A stretch of 64,000 nucleotides of DNA from Podarcis liolepis (taxonomy: Eukaryota): NCBI GenBank assembly GCA_965112155.1, contig OZ218101.1. One strand, given 5' to 3'. Positions 49,022 to 62,215 of the stretch are shown here, one piece after another; the first letter of the stretch is position 1, and each line of letters starts with the position of its first letter. The notes beneath the pieces were generated by a model. The model was not told where the DNA came from, did no database searches, and saw nothing but the letters and a program-made list of their open reading frames with translations. A program made the translations under genes and the position numbers.

Positions 49022-50004
49022 GTAAGTGTGGATAAACCCGGTGTGAATGTATTTTAGTCTGAATTCAAGACACAGTTATGCACAAATATAAATCATGCGG
49101 CTGCATCCCTTTCCTCTTTACCTTCTTGACCTGACACTTTGTCTTTCATTCCTTTCATTGCCTTCCTCTTAGATTCCTTCTGAAGAGCCTTAAACTCCTA
49201 TGCTCTGATTCAATGTTTGTCACCCACCAAGAGCCTGTGTTTCAAGGCACTGATTAATATTGACCACAGGTAATGTTTGCAGCCACACCGTCACCACCAT
49301 GGAGGCCTTGACAGTTTCATGACTCTCATTTCCCCCTCCCCCCTTCCCCATCATTCTCTCTTCCTTCCCTTTTACTCCTTTCTGTTCTGCTCCCTGAGCA
49401 AAACATTGATTTGGCAAGTCAAAACAAGACAATAGGCATATAAGTCTGATAACCTTGCTGGCCCTGTAAGATCAGAGATTCTAAGAAGCAGAAGACTTTA
49501 GTGAGGGGGAATAAAAGAGTTACAATATTTGTCAATGGACTTTCAGCTTTGTTCTTTGAAACAGGTTAATTTCTTGGGCTTTTTAGTTAAGCCCAAAGCC
49601 AGACTCAAGGACCTTTAAGCAAAACAATGTGCTCAAGGTCAGTAACTTAAGCCAATTTCTTTTTACAATGATAAGTAACATAACAAGCAGGTATGTGCAC
49701 TCCTTTAGTGGACACCATTTCAGATGACGTGAGGTACTTTTCCAGAATTAGTTTGAAAATGATCCAGGTGGAAAGTTAGCTGCTTATCTTTAAATAGCAG
49801 CTTTGTTAGAAGCCCTGATCAAAAGGCCAAGGCAGGAGGAGAACAAACACTCCACACACCTCTTGGTGATTTCTGTTGCTATAGCTGACAAATGGTTGTA
49901 GCAAAATCTTTTACAGGGACATCTGACATAACTTTCTAGGATAGTTGAAGTTTGTGTCACAGCCAATACCAACCAAAAGAGTTAGCTTAATGATGTTTGA
50001 TCTA

Positions 50005-50267
50005 GGAAAATGGATGGAAATCATTATTAAAGATCAATTTACCAAGCATATAGAAAAACAGGCCTTGCTGAAGCAGACCCCGTATGATTTCTAGAAAGCC
50101 AAGTCCTGTCTCACTAACCTTTTTTTAAAAAAAATTAGAGTGTTAACAAAAATACAGATGAAGGTGATCCAGTTGACACTGTGCATTTAGACTTTCAAAA
50201 AGCATTCAATAAAGCCCCTCACCCAAGACTCCTGAATAAGCTTAACAGTCATGGGATAAGAGGATAG
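50005..50267 (+). mobile_element. Degraded CR1 RT fragment
   Basis: AAGTCCTGTCTCACTAACCT (KSCLTNL), TTAGACTTTCAAAAAGCATTC (LDFQKAF), CATGGGATAAGAGG. Confidence 0.85.
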
Positions 50268-50768
50268 CCCTCTCACAAATCAATAATTCAAGGATTGGGA
50301 TTCAGTGCTTTATAACACAATCATTCTCTATTATTCCATTCCTGGGCAAGGTAATCCAGCTGCAGATATGCCAGTAGAAAGCAGATTATCTAGACCCATT
50401 TCAGTTTGGCTTCAAGCCTAGTTTTAGCGCCAAACTGCTTTTATCGCCCTGACTGGTTACCTTTATGGGGAGTGATACAGGGCAGTGTGACCCCATAGGC
50501 TGAGGCTGAATCCTGATAAGATTGAGGTGTTGTGGGTGGGCAGTTTCCATATTCAGGAATTAGTTGGCAACATCCTTTTGAAAGGGGGTGCACTCCCTCT
50601 GAAGGAACAGACTCATAGTTTGGGAGTATTTCTGGACTGAACAAGTATGTCCAATCTGGTCCTTTGTGACACAAATGAACTACATAATCTTAAGAGCTAG
50701 GGTTGTTTATTTGTCAGAAATGACCATCTGAAATGACCCATTGTGGCACCTGAAAACACACTTTAGCA

Positions 50769-51018
50769 CAGGGGCCAGCAAACTTTTTTCAGCAGGTTGC
50801 CGGTCCACTGTCCCTCAGACCTTGTGGGGGGCCGGACTATATTTTGGGGGTGGGGGTGGACAAATTCCTATGCCCCACAAATAACCCAGAGATGCATTTT
50901 AAATAAAAGGACACATTCTACTCATGTAAAAACACGCTGATTCCCGGACCGTCCGCAGGCCGGATTGAGAAGGCGATTGGGAGCATCCGGTCCCCGGGCC
51001 TTAGTTTGCCTACCCATG
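50769..51018. mobile_element. hAT (Charlie/Buster-like) MITE
   Basis: CAGGGGCCAGCAAACT / AGTTTGCCTACCCATG; 8-bp TSD CTTTAGCA (50761-50768, 51019-51026). Confidence 0.92.
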
Positions 51019-52409
51019 CTTTAGCACATCTGGAGTTAGAACACGAGATTATATATAGCTCTTGAATCAAGTGTGGAATCCATTCATTTTAATGTTAACT
51101 CCCAATGTATTCACATGTTTACTGTTTGGTAGAGCTTTAAATGTTTTGGTAGCATGAGCTATGGAGTTGCTGCAGGTGAGCTATTAAACACACCATGAGG
51201 TATTGTAAATTGTTTGCAGTTCTTGTCTTAAAAGTAGCAATTTTGATATTATTCCATGTTTATAGAGTAATTCCCTTAATAATTTCCATCCTAGGGTGAA
51301 TTCACACTGAAAGCATTTTTTAAAAAAAGTTTGTGGCTTCTTTGGTTACCTGAAACAAAGAATGTTTTAATAGGGTATATGTGTACGGTTTTTTTGAGGT
51401 TGGGAAGGGAGTAGAATCCAACAGCCTGCATTTTTTGGTGTTTCAGCGTAAGGAATAGTTAAGAACTTTATTTTTTAAAATCCCAGAGAGTGCCCTTTCA
51501 ATCTTTCAGCACTTGAGATCTTATTATTTGGGGCATGTGCAGGTTTATAGCCAGATATTTAAGGTGGCACACCAGGGAGGTACAATCCAGCACAAACCCA
51601 AATACAGAGCTTGATATGTTTAAAATAATTTAAGAAAATGTTAATTAAAAAATGATTATAATAACATTGAAAATAAATGTTTGTAAATCATTCCAGTGCT
51701 TTTGTATTCATTGACCAGAAAACTGAGAGCTGAGAATACACCATAGTGAGCTATTTGGTAGAATACTGCAGGCATACTTTTTCTTATGTTTTTGTAAGTG
51801 AAAGTGCTAAAAGCGTGCCTTATTTTATGAACGATGAAAATTCAATGAAGGTTCTTCAAATGTTCACAGAGGGAGCCTGGCCTGCCTCCTGTAGCTATGT
51901 CCTAGGTATATTAGGAATTAACATTTTAAAAGTTGATTTTACATTTACTTGTTTATTTTCCAACATTACCCCACCTTTCTATAAAAGTATCCACGCTTGC
52001 AGACAGTTGGCAGAAGTTTAACATGGTACATCAAACATTATTGGATTAAACTGAATTGAAGTAACTAAAACTTTAGTCAGTACATAAACATGATCAGTCA
52101 AAAACTGGTTTGAAAAGGCAGTATCAAAAATGTCTATTGAAAATGCTCATTTCAGTAACTGCAACAGCCTTTCCACCACTTGGGCAGCTTAAGAAATGCC
52201 TTTTCCTATGTCCCTATCATGGCTATTTCAAACCTCAATCTTCAGGCAAGTGGTCATTTCCTGAAAATATAACTCACTCCTTCATCACTCACTAATAGCT
52301 TCTAAATGAACAGCTTGAGACCAGTTTCCTTCCCTCATATATGCCCACTCAATCTCTTCAGCCTGCAAAACTGGCACTGTTACAGGCACCACATGAAACA
52401 TTTTTCTGC

Positions 52410-52732
52410 ACTCGTAAGAAATCCATCTTTTGGCATGGCAACACCTACACTTTGGGACTCCCTGCCTATTGAAATTAGGGAGGCACCTTTGCTGTATTGT
52501 TTTTGGTGCCTGCTTAAAATAATTTTTGTTTAGGGAAGCCTATCAGGTCATGTAGAATGTTACATGCATTTTATCTCTTCTTAGCTATTGTTGATTTTAA
52601 TCTTCTTCTGAATGTTTTTGAATTGATAAATATGGTTTATCAATAATAGTAAAGTTTTCATTCATACACACACACACACACCACTTGCAGGTTTTCTTAC
52701 AATCAAGTGGAACATGAATTTTGTTAAACAAA
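52410..52732 (+). mobile_element. L2 LINE 3' end
   Basis: SFGMATPTLWDSLPIEIREAPLLYCF matches L2 ORF2 C-terminus, followed by a T-rich 3' UTR. Confidence 0.75.
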
Positions 52733-53500
52733 TAAGTGTCCTCCCACCAAGAATAAATTCCAATATACCATGGTTTGGGGGTTCATGGTGCCCCTCTAAA
52801 TCTGGTGTGGCGTGCTATGTAATTAGATACCTAACTTTGGATTGCAGAGATATTTCAAAGTATTGAACATTTCCTACATGAACAAAATTATAAAGAGTGT
52901 CCATGGGCTATACAATCCCATGTCAATTTGTATGTATAACCTTGTTCTTTTTTGCTACACATTGTTTTGCATTAATAGCTTTGCTTTGAAACTCTGTGGA
53001 AATACTCTTCTCTGTTAAATTGCCTAGGTTTCAAAAGTAATTTCCACAGGATCCTTCTTTCCTATTTCGAATAACCCACTTTCTAGCTAGAGAAGAGTGA
53101 ATGTTCTTTAAAATTGCTCGTTAATAATTATACATTTTTCAATACAAGCAAGTCCTTTTTGATGTGAGAGAGTTCCTTGCTCAAGGTGAAGCCTTGAGTA
53201 AAATGTGATCTGCTCTTTGTTTAATGGGCTAAATTAGTTAATTAACATCTTAATGAATGTCAGATGAAACAACAATTTTATTTTTAGCCTTGAGCCCAGA
53301 GTTGCTCCAGTATGTCAGTTACAATGTCATACTGGCTGTGTGTGAATCTACATCACTCCTTGGGATAGGAAAGGAAAATGCTACTAATTTCTGAAGTGAA
53401 GTGTAATGACAAATGCCTTCCTTGCTGCCTAGTTTTGATAGAGGGACAGGTTATGGTTGTGTAGGGTTGTGCATGATGCCTAGTAATTGTACAGTATTTA

Positions 53501-54018
53501 CATACCTGAGGACTGGCAAGTAGCCAATGTAATGTCCATTTTTAAAAGGGGATCCTGGAAATTACAGGCCAGTTAGTTTAATGTCCAACATTAAATTGTT
53601 CAGGGTTGTTAAAATAAAATGAGATTACAAAGAGCACCAAAAGGACTTGTTCACACTGAGTGAATGGGCAATAAAATGGCGAATGCAATTCAATGCAAAC
53701 AAGTGAAATGTGATGCATGTTGAAGCAAATAATAATCATTTCACGTACACGCTTGTAGGGTCTGAAGTGAAGGTGACAGGCCAGGAGTGAGACCTTGGGA
53801 TCATAATAGATAGCTCCATGCTAGAGATCATTAGGAAATGAATTGAAAATAAAACTGCCAGTATCATAATGCCATTATACAAATCTATGGTGCAACCATA
53901 TTTGGAATACTGCGTACAGTTCTGGTTTCCTCACCTCAAAAAGGATGTTTCAGAGTTGGAAAAGGTTCAAGAAAGGGCCACATAATGATAAAGAGGATGG
54001 AGCAACTCCCTTATGAAG
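53501..54018 (+). mobile_element. Degraded, internally deleted CR1
   Basis: PEDW...GNYRPVSL segment joined to the C-terminal HLEYCVQFW...LEKVQ segment. Confidence 0.88.
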
Positions 54019-54031
54019 AATTAATTGGTTG

Positions 54032-54336
54032 CAGGGCTGTCTTAAGCATATGCGGCACCGGGGTGCAAAGATCTTCCCGGTCCCTCCCCCACCCAGGTTG
54101 CCCAGTTCCAGGCACGCAGGAGGGCAGAGCCGGCCGGCTGCCTCAGTGTCTCGCTGGCTCGGTCGCCCCCAAACTCACAGCGCAGAGCAGCAGAAGAGCC
54201 CGCCATGGCGCTCCGACCGACGGGCGGGCTCTTCCCTGGACTCAACTCTCAGGCCCTGGACTCTTGGCCTGGCGCCCCTGAGAGCCCGGAGCCCGGGTGC
54301 CCCGCACCCCTAGCACATATGGGTAAAACGGCCCTG
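54032..54336. mobile_element. hAT MITE, CpG-rich
   Basis: TIR CAGGGCTGTCTTA / TAAAACGGCCCTG; 8-bp TSD ATTGGTTG (54024-54031, 54337-54344). Confidence 0.92.
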
Positions 54337-55067
54337 ATTGGTTGCATTGTTTTGGACCTTTGGTTGTTGTTGTTTTTTTTGGTTTTGGGGGGTTTTGCAT
54401 TTTCTCCCATCACCATTTCCTCAATTGTTTTCAAAAGTGATTGTGCGTGCTACATTAGCTTTAAATGTGCTGGGGAGTGCAGCAGTTGCTTGGAAGTGAA
54501 ACGATCGTGTCTCCCGAAATGTCATTTGGTGACTCAAACCCATATTTAGATTGGGGATCCTGCTCATCATGCAGACAGGGCCTTCATGCGTACAGCCGAA
54601 CTCACAGCTGCTTTGTTCGCATGTTCTAATAAATGTGGGTGGGAAGCACCTGCCACCACAATGTGGTTCCACCTACAGACATTCATAGAAGCCCTGATAA
54701 CATTAGAAAAAGACTACATCTTAAAGATGCCACAGCACAAAGCTGCAATTATGTCTCTTAAAAAAAAATTATAATAGAATTGAGGCGAGTGCTTTGCTTA
54801 AAGCTGTCGTTTCCTATTCTCTACACTGAACACAGTGAAACTTCCTTCCAAGTAAACATGAATAGGGTTGCACGGTTGACTTTCTGTTTGTTGCAATTTA
54901 TTTATTTATTTATTTATTTATTTAAAACAGCCTGTTTGCAGGCATTTGCAACACTCTAAAAGGCATTTGGTAGTGCTTTTTTTAAAAAAAAGAATAGAAT
55001 GGAACAGCAGGATATGCAATAATCAGTTTTAAAAGTGTCCATTTCACTGCCCAGTGCCTGGTTGGCC

Positions 55068-55243
55068 AGGGCTGCTGCTCAGTTGTAGAGCATCTGCTTT
55101 TCATCCACAATGTCCCAGGTTCATTCCCTGGTTTCTCAAAGTAGGGCTTCTGCCTGAAACCCTGAAGAGCTGCTGCCAATCAGTTCAGACAGTACTGAGC
55201 TAGATTCATCTGACTTGGTATAAGGCAGCTTCCTGTGTTCCTA
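55068..55243 (+). mobile_element. tRNA(Ala)-derived SINE
   Basis: GCTCAGTTGTAGAGCATCTGCTTT...CCCAGGTTCATTCCCTGG head; CTGAAGAGCTGCTGCC...GTATAAGGCAGCTTCCT tail. Confidence 0.75.
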
Positions 55244-55349
55244 ATTCATCTTACAGTGAAATTCTAGTGATATTTTTGGTAAAATCAACTCACAGATGAT
55301 GGCATGTTAATTCAATTTTCTTTCAGTTTTTATTCCAAATAAGATCAAA

Positions 55350-55828
55350 CTCCCCCATGATATTCTTGTGGAGAAGCTGATAAAATGTGGGCTAGGTGAG
55401 GCTGACGGTTAGGTGAATTTGTAGCTGGTTCACTGACCAAGCCCAGAGAGGACTCATCAATGGTTCCCACCATCCTGGAGAAAGGTGACAAGTGGGGTGC
55501 CACAAGGTTCTGTCCTGGGCCCATTGTTGTTCAATGTCTTTATAAAAGACTTGGACAAAGAAATTGAGGGGGCGCTCATCAAATTTGCAGAAGATACCAA
55601 AATGGAAGGGGTAGCTAATGCTGCAGAAGACAGAATCTGGATTCAATGTGACCTTAACAAATCATAAAAATAGGTCCAAACTAACAAAAAGAATTCCAAT
55701 AGGGGGCAAATGTGTGGTTCTACCCTTAGGCAGGAAGAACCCAGCTGCACAAATATAAAATGAGGAACACATAGCTTGCCCGCAGTACATGTGAAAAGGA
55801 TCTAGGGGTCTTAGTAGACCACAACCTG
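55350..55828 (+). mobile_element. Degraded CR1 RT fragment
   Basis: [19 protein letters not shown]...KFAEDTK translation. Confidence 0.9.
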
Positions 55829-57344
55829 GCAGTGGTAAGTCCACTGAATTCAGTGGAGCTTACTTCTGAGTAGACTTTCATAGGATTGAACTGTTAGTAT
55901 ATAATATGCTAAGCCAATATTAGAAGCCAGATCAACCTAATCCAATCTCATCCATACAACAAGTGGCTAATATCATTGCCTTTTCTTACTATAAATGTTT
56001 GTCCCAATCTGTTGAAAGGGCCTGTCCATAGAAATTGATTTCTGCATGTAGATCATCTCAATGGATTACTGGGGTATAAAAATCCTCCGTAATCAGGACC
56101 TCAAGGCTTTCATGTGGTGCTCTTGCTTTGTACCTGCATAACTGATCTAGCACTCTCAGATTAAACAGTGTCCATTATTGGAGGAGGAGTCCAATTCCCC
56201 CTTCTCTGGCACTCAACCACAATGGATGTACTGACCATGTTTTCGGCAAGGGAGGGCAGCTCCACAAGTTCATTATTAGCATGGAATAAGCTACAAACTG
56301 AAAATTAGGTCATCAAGATCAATGTTTGTGAAAAATTGTATAGCGAACTAGTTTGCAGTAGAAAGCTACTATTAAGCAGAGGATAATGGTCACCTAAGAC
56401 AGCAGATTTGAGGCTCCAATAAAGAGAAACAATTGTTGTGATCAAATATTGTCAAATTTTGATATTTTACCACTGACAGAGAGTAACATGGGAGTTTTCT
56501 CCCTCAGGCAACAAAATGTCTTGGCGCATCTTTGAACAACAACTTTCCTTGCTTGGAAAAAAAGAGAGAAAACCCCATAACGTTTTACCTTAACATTTTA
56601 CCGAAGAAGATTATCTGTTGTCTCCCTGAGTTTTGTGTGTTAAACAATCAGAAGAGATGGAGTGCAATTCTGAAGGTTAAGCATGACTAAGGTGCATTAT
56701 GAGTCACAAGGTTGAAGGAAGAGAGAACAATGCAGTCATTTGAAAAGGCACTGCCTGGAGTGAGTGGATATTGTATAAATATAGAATAAACTGATTGCTA
56801 CTCTAATTGAGAGCTTAGATGCAATTGTCTGCTTTTACTTCATAGCGGGCACTCAGCAAAAGCCACCCATTGCTCTAGGTTTGCCAGTGTCCTGCAGCTA
56901 ATCGACTGACCTTGTTGCAATATCTTGTACCCTCAGCTGCTTGTGGATGCTAAATAAATTATAGAACCCCTTTGACAACAATAAGCACAACATGAATCCA
57001 TAACCAGTTTTCATCACTGCAGCTACAGGTGGCTTAGGGTGTGCAGTTACCATGCCAAATGAGTGGACCAACTGTGCTACCATTTTACCCCCACAAAATT
57101 TTATTAGAACTTTGTCATAATGCAATAAAATAAAAGAAACTAATCCAAACAAAAGGAAAAAGAGAATGGAAAAAGAGAATGCAGAGTCCTCTCTCAAATG
57201 GTAACTTAACCCTTGTCTCATACAGATATGGACCCTCCCAGATCTCACCAGGGAGCTTTCCTTTCTTTTCCCAGTCTCTCAAGATCTTCCCTTCACTGTC
57301 TCTCACTCAGGGTCCTTCATCAACCATCCATCACTTTCATGTTA

Positions 57345-57580
57345 AGATAATCCTTGGACCCCAATAACAGCCCAGAGCCAAGGACACAACAGAAAACGAA
57401 AGAAAGGGGAATGTGAAGAAATAATATAAAAGAAGGAAACAATAGACGGGGAAAAGAAAAAGAAGAGAGAAAAGGACTTCAAATTTTCTGTCAGTTACAT
57501 AAAAGAAATTATTCAAAGTATTCACTCCAAGATGACATACAGCTGTTCCATTTTCTGTTGAAATTCTGTTTAATGCAGGT
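57345..57580 (-). mobile_element. Possible L1 3' remnant
   Basis: Minus-strand FNRKWNSCMSSWSEYFE* followed by T/C-rich UTR, similar to L1 ORF2 ends. Confidence 0.4.
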
Positions 57581-57677
57581 TTTAAAAATATTCTTATACC
57601 ATCAGCACTGTCCAGCTAATTGTCTGCTAGGCCCAGGAGTTTGAAAGATTAAAGTGGATGAAAGGGTTCCATCAGTG

Positions 57678-58260
57678 AAGGCGTAGAGAATCTTTTAGTC
57701 TGGTAGGCCAAATCCTTATCTGTCCCCACTCTCACAGGCCAGTTTTGACAGGTGGATGGGACATCCCACCTGTCAATCACCTGAAATCATTATGACAGTT
57801 GATTGGCAGGTGGGTTATCTTGCCCACCTGTCAAAGTCCCTTGCACAGTTGTTCGTCAGGGTCTGTCAGCCAGCTAGTTGTCAGGTCCTTGGGAACAGCA
57901 GCGTTAGGAGCTTGACGAGCCCTGTGCTCAGTGCTTCCTGATGCAGGCTGAGAAGCTGCTTTCTGCAAAGTTTGACTGCATAGTCAAGGTCCCCACTGGG
58001 AATTCAGTCATGCAGTTGATCCAGCAAACTTGAAGTCACTACCCATCAGCTGGTGGGTGGCATCTTCAACCCTGCTTTCTGCAGGGATCCATGTCATGAT
58101 CATGTTCTTCAAGATCCAACCTCATCTCTACTTGCCACACACCTGACATCACATACAGTGACAGGCACATGGTTAGGGTATGGGGGAACAACCTCACAGG
58201 CCAAATTGGGACCTGAGCTGGGCCTCATTTGGTCCATGGGCTGGAGGTGCCTCACTCCTG
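57678..58260. mobile_element. Old hAT-like non-autonomous element with internal palindrome
   Basis: Degenerate TIR (GAAGGCGTAGAGAATC / GTGCCTCACTCCTG), GGCC-rich subterminal motifs; palindrome at 57744-57835. Confidence 0.55.
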
Positions 58261-59572
58261 CCCTAGTTCAACAAATCCACCTTAAACAAAACTAGGTTTT
58301 TTGAGGTTAGACAGTAAAGGGGAAATGCAAAAGAAATGAATGAACTGGGATGAACTGATGGCTAATGGAAAGACATCATCAAATGCAGTGCTAAGTAACT
58401 GTCCTGTCGGTACACGGATCTATGCAGCAGGACATCCTCCACACCCTCTCCTAAATTTATTCTGGAGGCTCCCCTAAACCTCTGGAGCAGTTCTGGGGTG
58501 GGCTTGTGTGCGTGGGGAAGAGGAAAGCAGGGGAAATCCCATTGCACATGTAAATCCTAGTGCTGGTAGATCAGGTATTTGGCAGGGGATTGAAGCCCCT
58601 GTAAGCAAATGGAAGGATGAATGTGGAACAAATGCTCATTGTTGTATAATGCCCACCCAAACAAATCACAGTAAAGACCAGATGTAATCTAACCACCACA
58701 TAGGCTTTGTGCAAGTAATTCAGGATGACTGCCGAATAAGGGTAGAGACTCCGTCAGGCAAGGTCTCCTTCCATCTGCCTTGCCTCACCCTCTGGCCCTA
58801 GGAGTCCTCGTAAGGGAACTGGTCCTGGAGGAAGATCTGTTAGGGGATAGACTCCATCAGACAAGGCCTCCTTCCACCTGCCTTGCTGCAACCTCTAGTC
58901 TCTGCTTCTCAATTTGTATTGTATTATTTTATGTACTGTGGCTTGCCGTTGTTTTATTGACTATAGTTTAGAAACTGTTGAGTGAATATCTGTTTAACTT
59001 TTATATGTTATTATTATTATTATTATTTAATACTATTCTAATGGTTGTTGAATGTTACTTTTTTGATTTAGGTTGCCTCTTTTAAAGATGTTTTATTATC
59101 ACATTTTTGTATTGCATTAGATTGTTATAAGATGTACATTTTTTGTTGTTGTTTTTTTAGCTTGTAAACCGCCTTGAGTATCGTAAGTATAAGATAGAAA
59201 GATGATTTACAAATTAAAAATGATGATGATGATAAACAGGTTGCCTGGAGGAGCCCTGGGAGTCAGCCTTGGTGTGCACGTGGGAACTGATCGTGGGAGC
59301 AGTAAACAATCGCTTGTTCAAATTTCACATGGCATTATTGGGGTTTTAGAAAGTATGGGTTCTTTCCATTAAGCAGCTTCTGTTTGAAATGGGAACATCT
59401 TGTTTTCCTCCCATATGCAAGGTATAGAACAATGCTTCTACAGTTACTTCCTTTGCAAACTATAATTGGAGCATTGAAATTGGCATTGTACAGCAAAGGT
59501 CAGCCTGTACCTCAGGAATCTAAAGACTGGTAAAAAAAGAAGGGGGGCATTGAAAAAGAGCGAAAGAAATAA

Positions 59573-59575
<3 letters not shown>

Positions 59576-59621
<46 letters not shown>
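59576..59621. repeat. (TG)n microsatellite
   Basis: About 23 units. Confidence 0.97.
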
Positions 59622-59623
<2 letters not shown>

Positions 59624-60895
59624 CTGTTGTGCTGCATCTGGTTTCTGTCAGAATGAATCTTGTTCATCTTGGTTTCAAGGTTTCCATTCTGTGTGCTTTT
59701 AAACCAAGGTCAAGCAGTAGGCAGCACAGAGACCTTGAAGGTGTCATTGACAAGGAATATATAAGCTTTATAGCTACAGCACTAATTATTTAACATTTAT
59801 AGAAAGGATATAAGGGAGCCCAGAGATACTTTTTCCTCCTATACCTGAAACCTCCGAGCACAAGCATTTAAACAGACCAATGGCATGAGTACCTGTATAC
59901 GTGCAAGAGTACATACGGAAGTACATGTTTCTCTGTTTCTGAATACATGTGCATCTGAGATACAGCAGCTGTATATAGAATAAAATATATGGAAGATGTG
60001 TAAATGCTTAACCCACTCCCACATCCCCCATATTTATCAACCTCAAATAATTTTTTGCTATTTCCTGGTCAAAATAAAAAATGAACAAAACAAAACAGAA
60101 TGATTTATGTTTTGTAAGACTCAAGATATGTCTTCAAAAATGGCATTGTTCCAAACTGTCTGAAAGTTTAGCATGGTGTACCTCAAACCCACAATGGGAT
60201 CCCCAAGCCATTGCCAATTTGTTTTCTGGAGTCAGATGGTTTGGACCAATCAACAACTTAAACCATTCAAGAAACAGCAACATGTTAAAATGCATACTAG
60301 TTCAGTTTTTTGGTTTTTTTTGGGGGGGGGGTGTTAGTGTCTATAGACCTATTCATAGCAAAAGAATCTGTAGGCTTCTGTCACCATAATAATCTTTTAA
60401 CAACAGAGCTAGGAACATACATTCACTTTTCCCCCACAGCAGTTTGAGGCTAGTTAAAGGAAAATTCCATCCACATTCATCTGTCCAATGAAATACCTCC
60501 ATATATGGTCAACCAAGACTTGTAGACTCAGTCTCCTGCTCTCTTCTAAAAGGCTGTAATGCAAATAGCAAAATCCCATGCACTCATCCTCCCTTAAAAA
60601 AAAACAACAACAACCACACAAATCAGTGTGATGCAAATCAGGTAATGAGCTCCTCAAAATAATGTTTTTCAGAGAGTAGGTGGTGAGCTTGCTTCCTTGA
60701 CTGAATCTAATTGTTAGCTGGCACACCTATTTATACGGTCTTGTTCAGCGAACGAAGATAAATATTTGTTTCCCAGCATCTTCAAAACATTTCTGTTGAA
60801 TTCTGCTGCTTTGGCTAGGGCTTATTTTAAGCACTGGAAGCTGCCTTCCATCATTGCAGACTGTTTAAATGGCAGCAGCTTTGCAGCGTCTAAGG

Positions 60896-61387
60896 CAGTG
60901 TTTCCCAACCGGTGTTCCGCGGCACATGAGTGTGCCGTGAGACATCGGCTGGTGTGCCGCGAGATGCCTGGAGGGAGGCGGGCGAGTCGGGCGGCGAGAG
61001 GCGGGGCGGCGGCGGCAAAGGAGAGGCCGCGCCTCCTGCTGCTGCCTGGCGCTCCTCCTCGCAGCCGGCAGCGCTGCCTGGGCGCCTCCGCGCGACTCTG
61101 CCTCGCTGGGTTTGGTCTCCCAGCAGAGACGGGTCACACGCGCCCCTCCCTCCCTCCCTCAGCCTGCGCGGAGGGAGAGCCAGAGAGAGGCATCGCTCCT
61201 GCGCTCCGAGGCGGATTGAGCGCAGCTGAGAGGAGCTGCCGAGGGAAAACACTTTCACTTTTGTGCGTCCCTCCCGGCGTGACGCTGCGCGCTGACGTCA
61301 CGGGGCGGGGCTTTAATGGTGGTGTGCCGCGAGATTTTTTTTCAGTAAACAGGTGTGCCGTTGCCCAAAAACGTTTGGGAAACACTG
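60896..61387. mobile_element. Young GC-rich hAT (Charlie-like) MITE
   Basis: TIR CAGTGTTTCCCAA / TTGGGAAACACTG; 8-bp TSD GTCTAAGG (60888-60895, 61388-61395). Confidence 0.95.
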
Positions 61388-61802
61388 GTCTAAGGCAAAG
61401 GCTTTTCACATTACCTGCTACCTCTACCTCTACCTCACATTACCTGCTACCTCTTCCATTTTCTTCTAGTTGTGAGGGTGGGAGATGGGGAGGGGCCTCA
61501 CAAGTGGAGTAGCCTAGGGCCTTTCTTCATCTAAATCCGGCCCTGGCTATGGCTCTCCAGATGTTGCAGAACAGACTGCCCCTGGCTACTGCTTTCCCAG
61601 CATAGGCACTGCACCTGCCTTACAGCACTGTAGAAAGAGGATCAAGTGCCCCTGTGTGCTACATCAGGGGATGCGACAATGTGTGCTACAATGTTGTTGG
61701 ACTCTCAAGTCCCATCGCCTCAGACAGCATAGCCAATGGTAAGGGATAATGGAAGTACAGCTATATCTGGAGGGCTACAGATTCTCCAGTCATGCCATAA
61801 AG

Positions 61803-62019
61803 CAGGCACGTCCAACAGGTAGATCGTGATCTGCTGGTAGATCACTGGATGTCTGTGGTAGATCACTAGTAGAACATTGGCTCCCCCCAAAGAAGCTCAA
61901 CAACTTTGGCTCACCTAAAAAAAAGCTGCATTGACCTGAACCCCCAAAAAGGGGGTAGATCACTGCCAGTTTTTAACGCTGTGTGTAGATCGCAGTCTCT
62001 TGGGAGCTGGCCACCCCTG
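61803..62019. mobile_element. hAT MITE with GTAGATC subterminal repeats
   Basis: CAGGCACGTCCAAC / GCTGGCCACCCCTG ends; repeated GTAGATC; no clear TSD. Confidence 0.7.
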
Positions 62020-62215
62020 CTTTCTATTTCTTTTGCTATTATATGATAAGATAAATACCCATTCCCGCAGCCAGATATTATGCTGACCTGGGACGTAAAG
62101 GTATTTAAAAAGCAACACTTTTAGATAGGAAGAATTGTTCATATCACTTTACTGTGGACTCTGCAATGCTCATGTATGCAAGTGCTCACATGACATCATC
62201 TTTATTCCACCAGTA

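Noticed and set aside
60766-61512. 248-aa plus-strand ORF and overlapping ORFs
   Set aside because: Stop-poor reading through a GC-rich MITE; crosses both TSDs.
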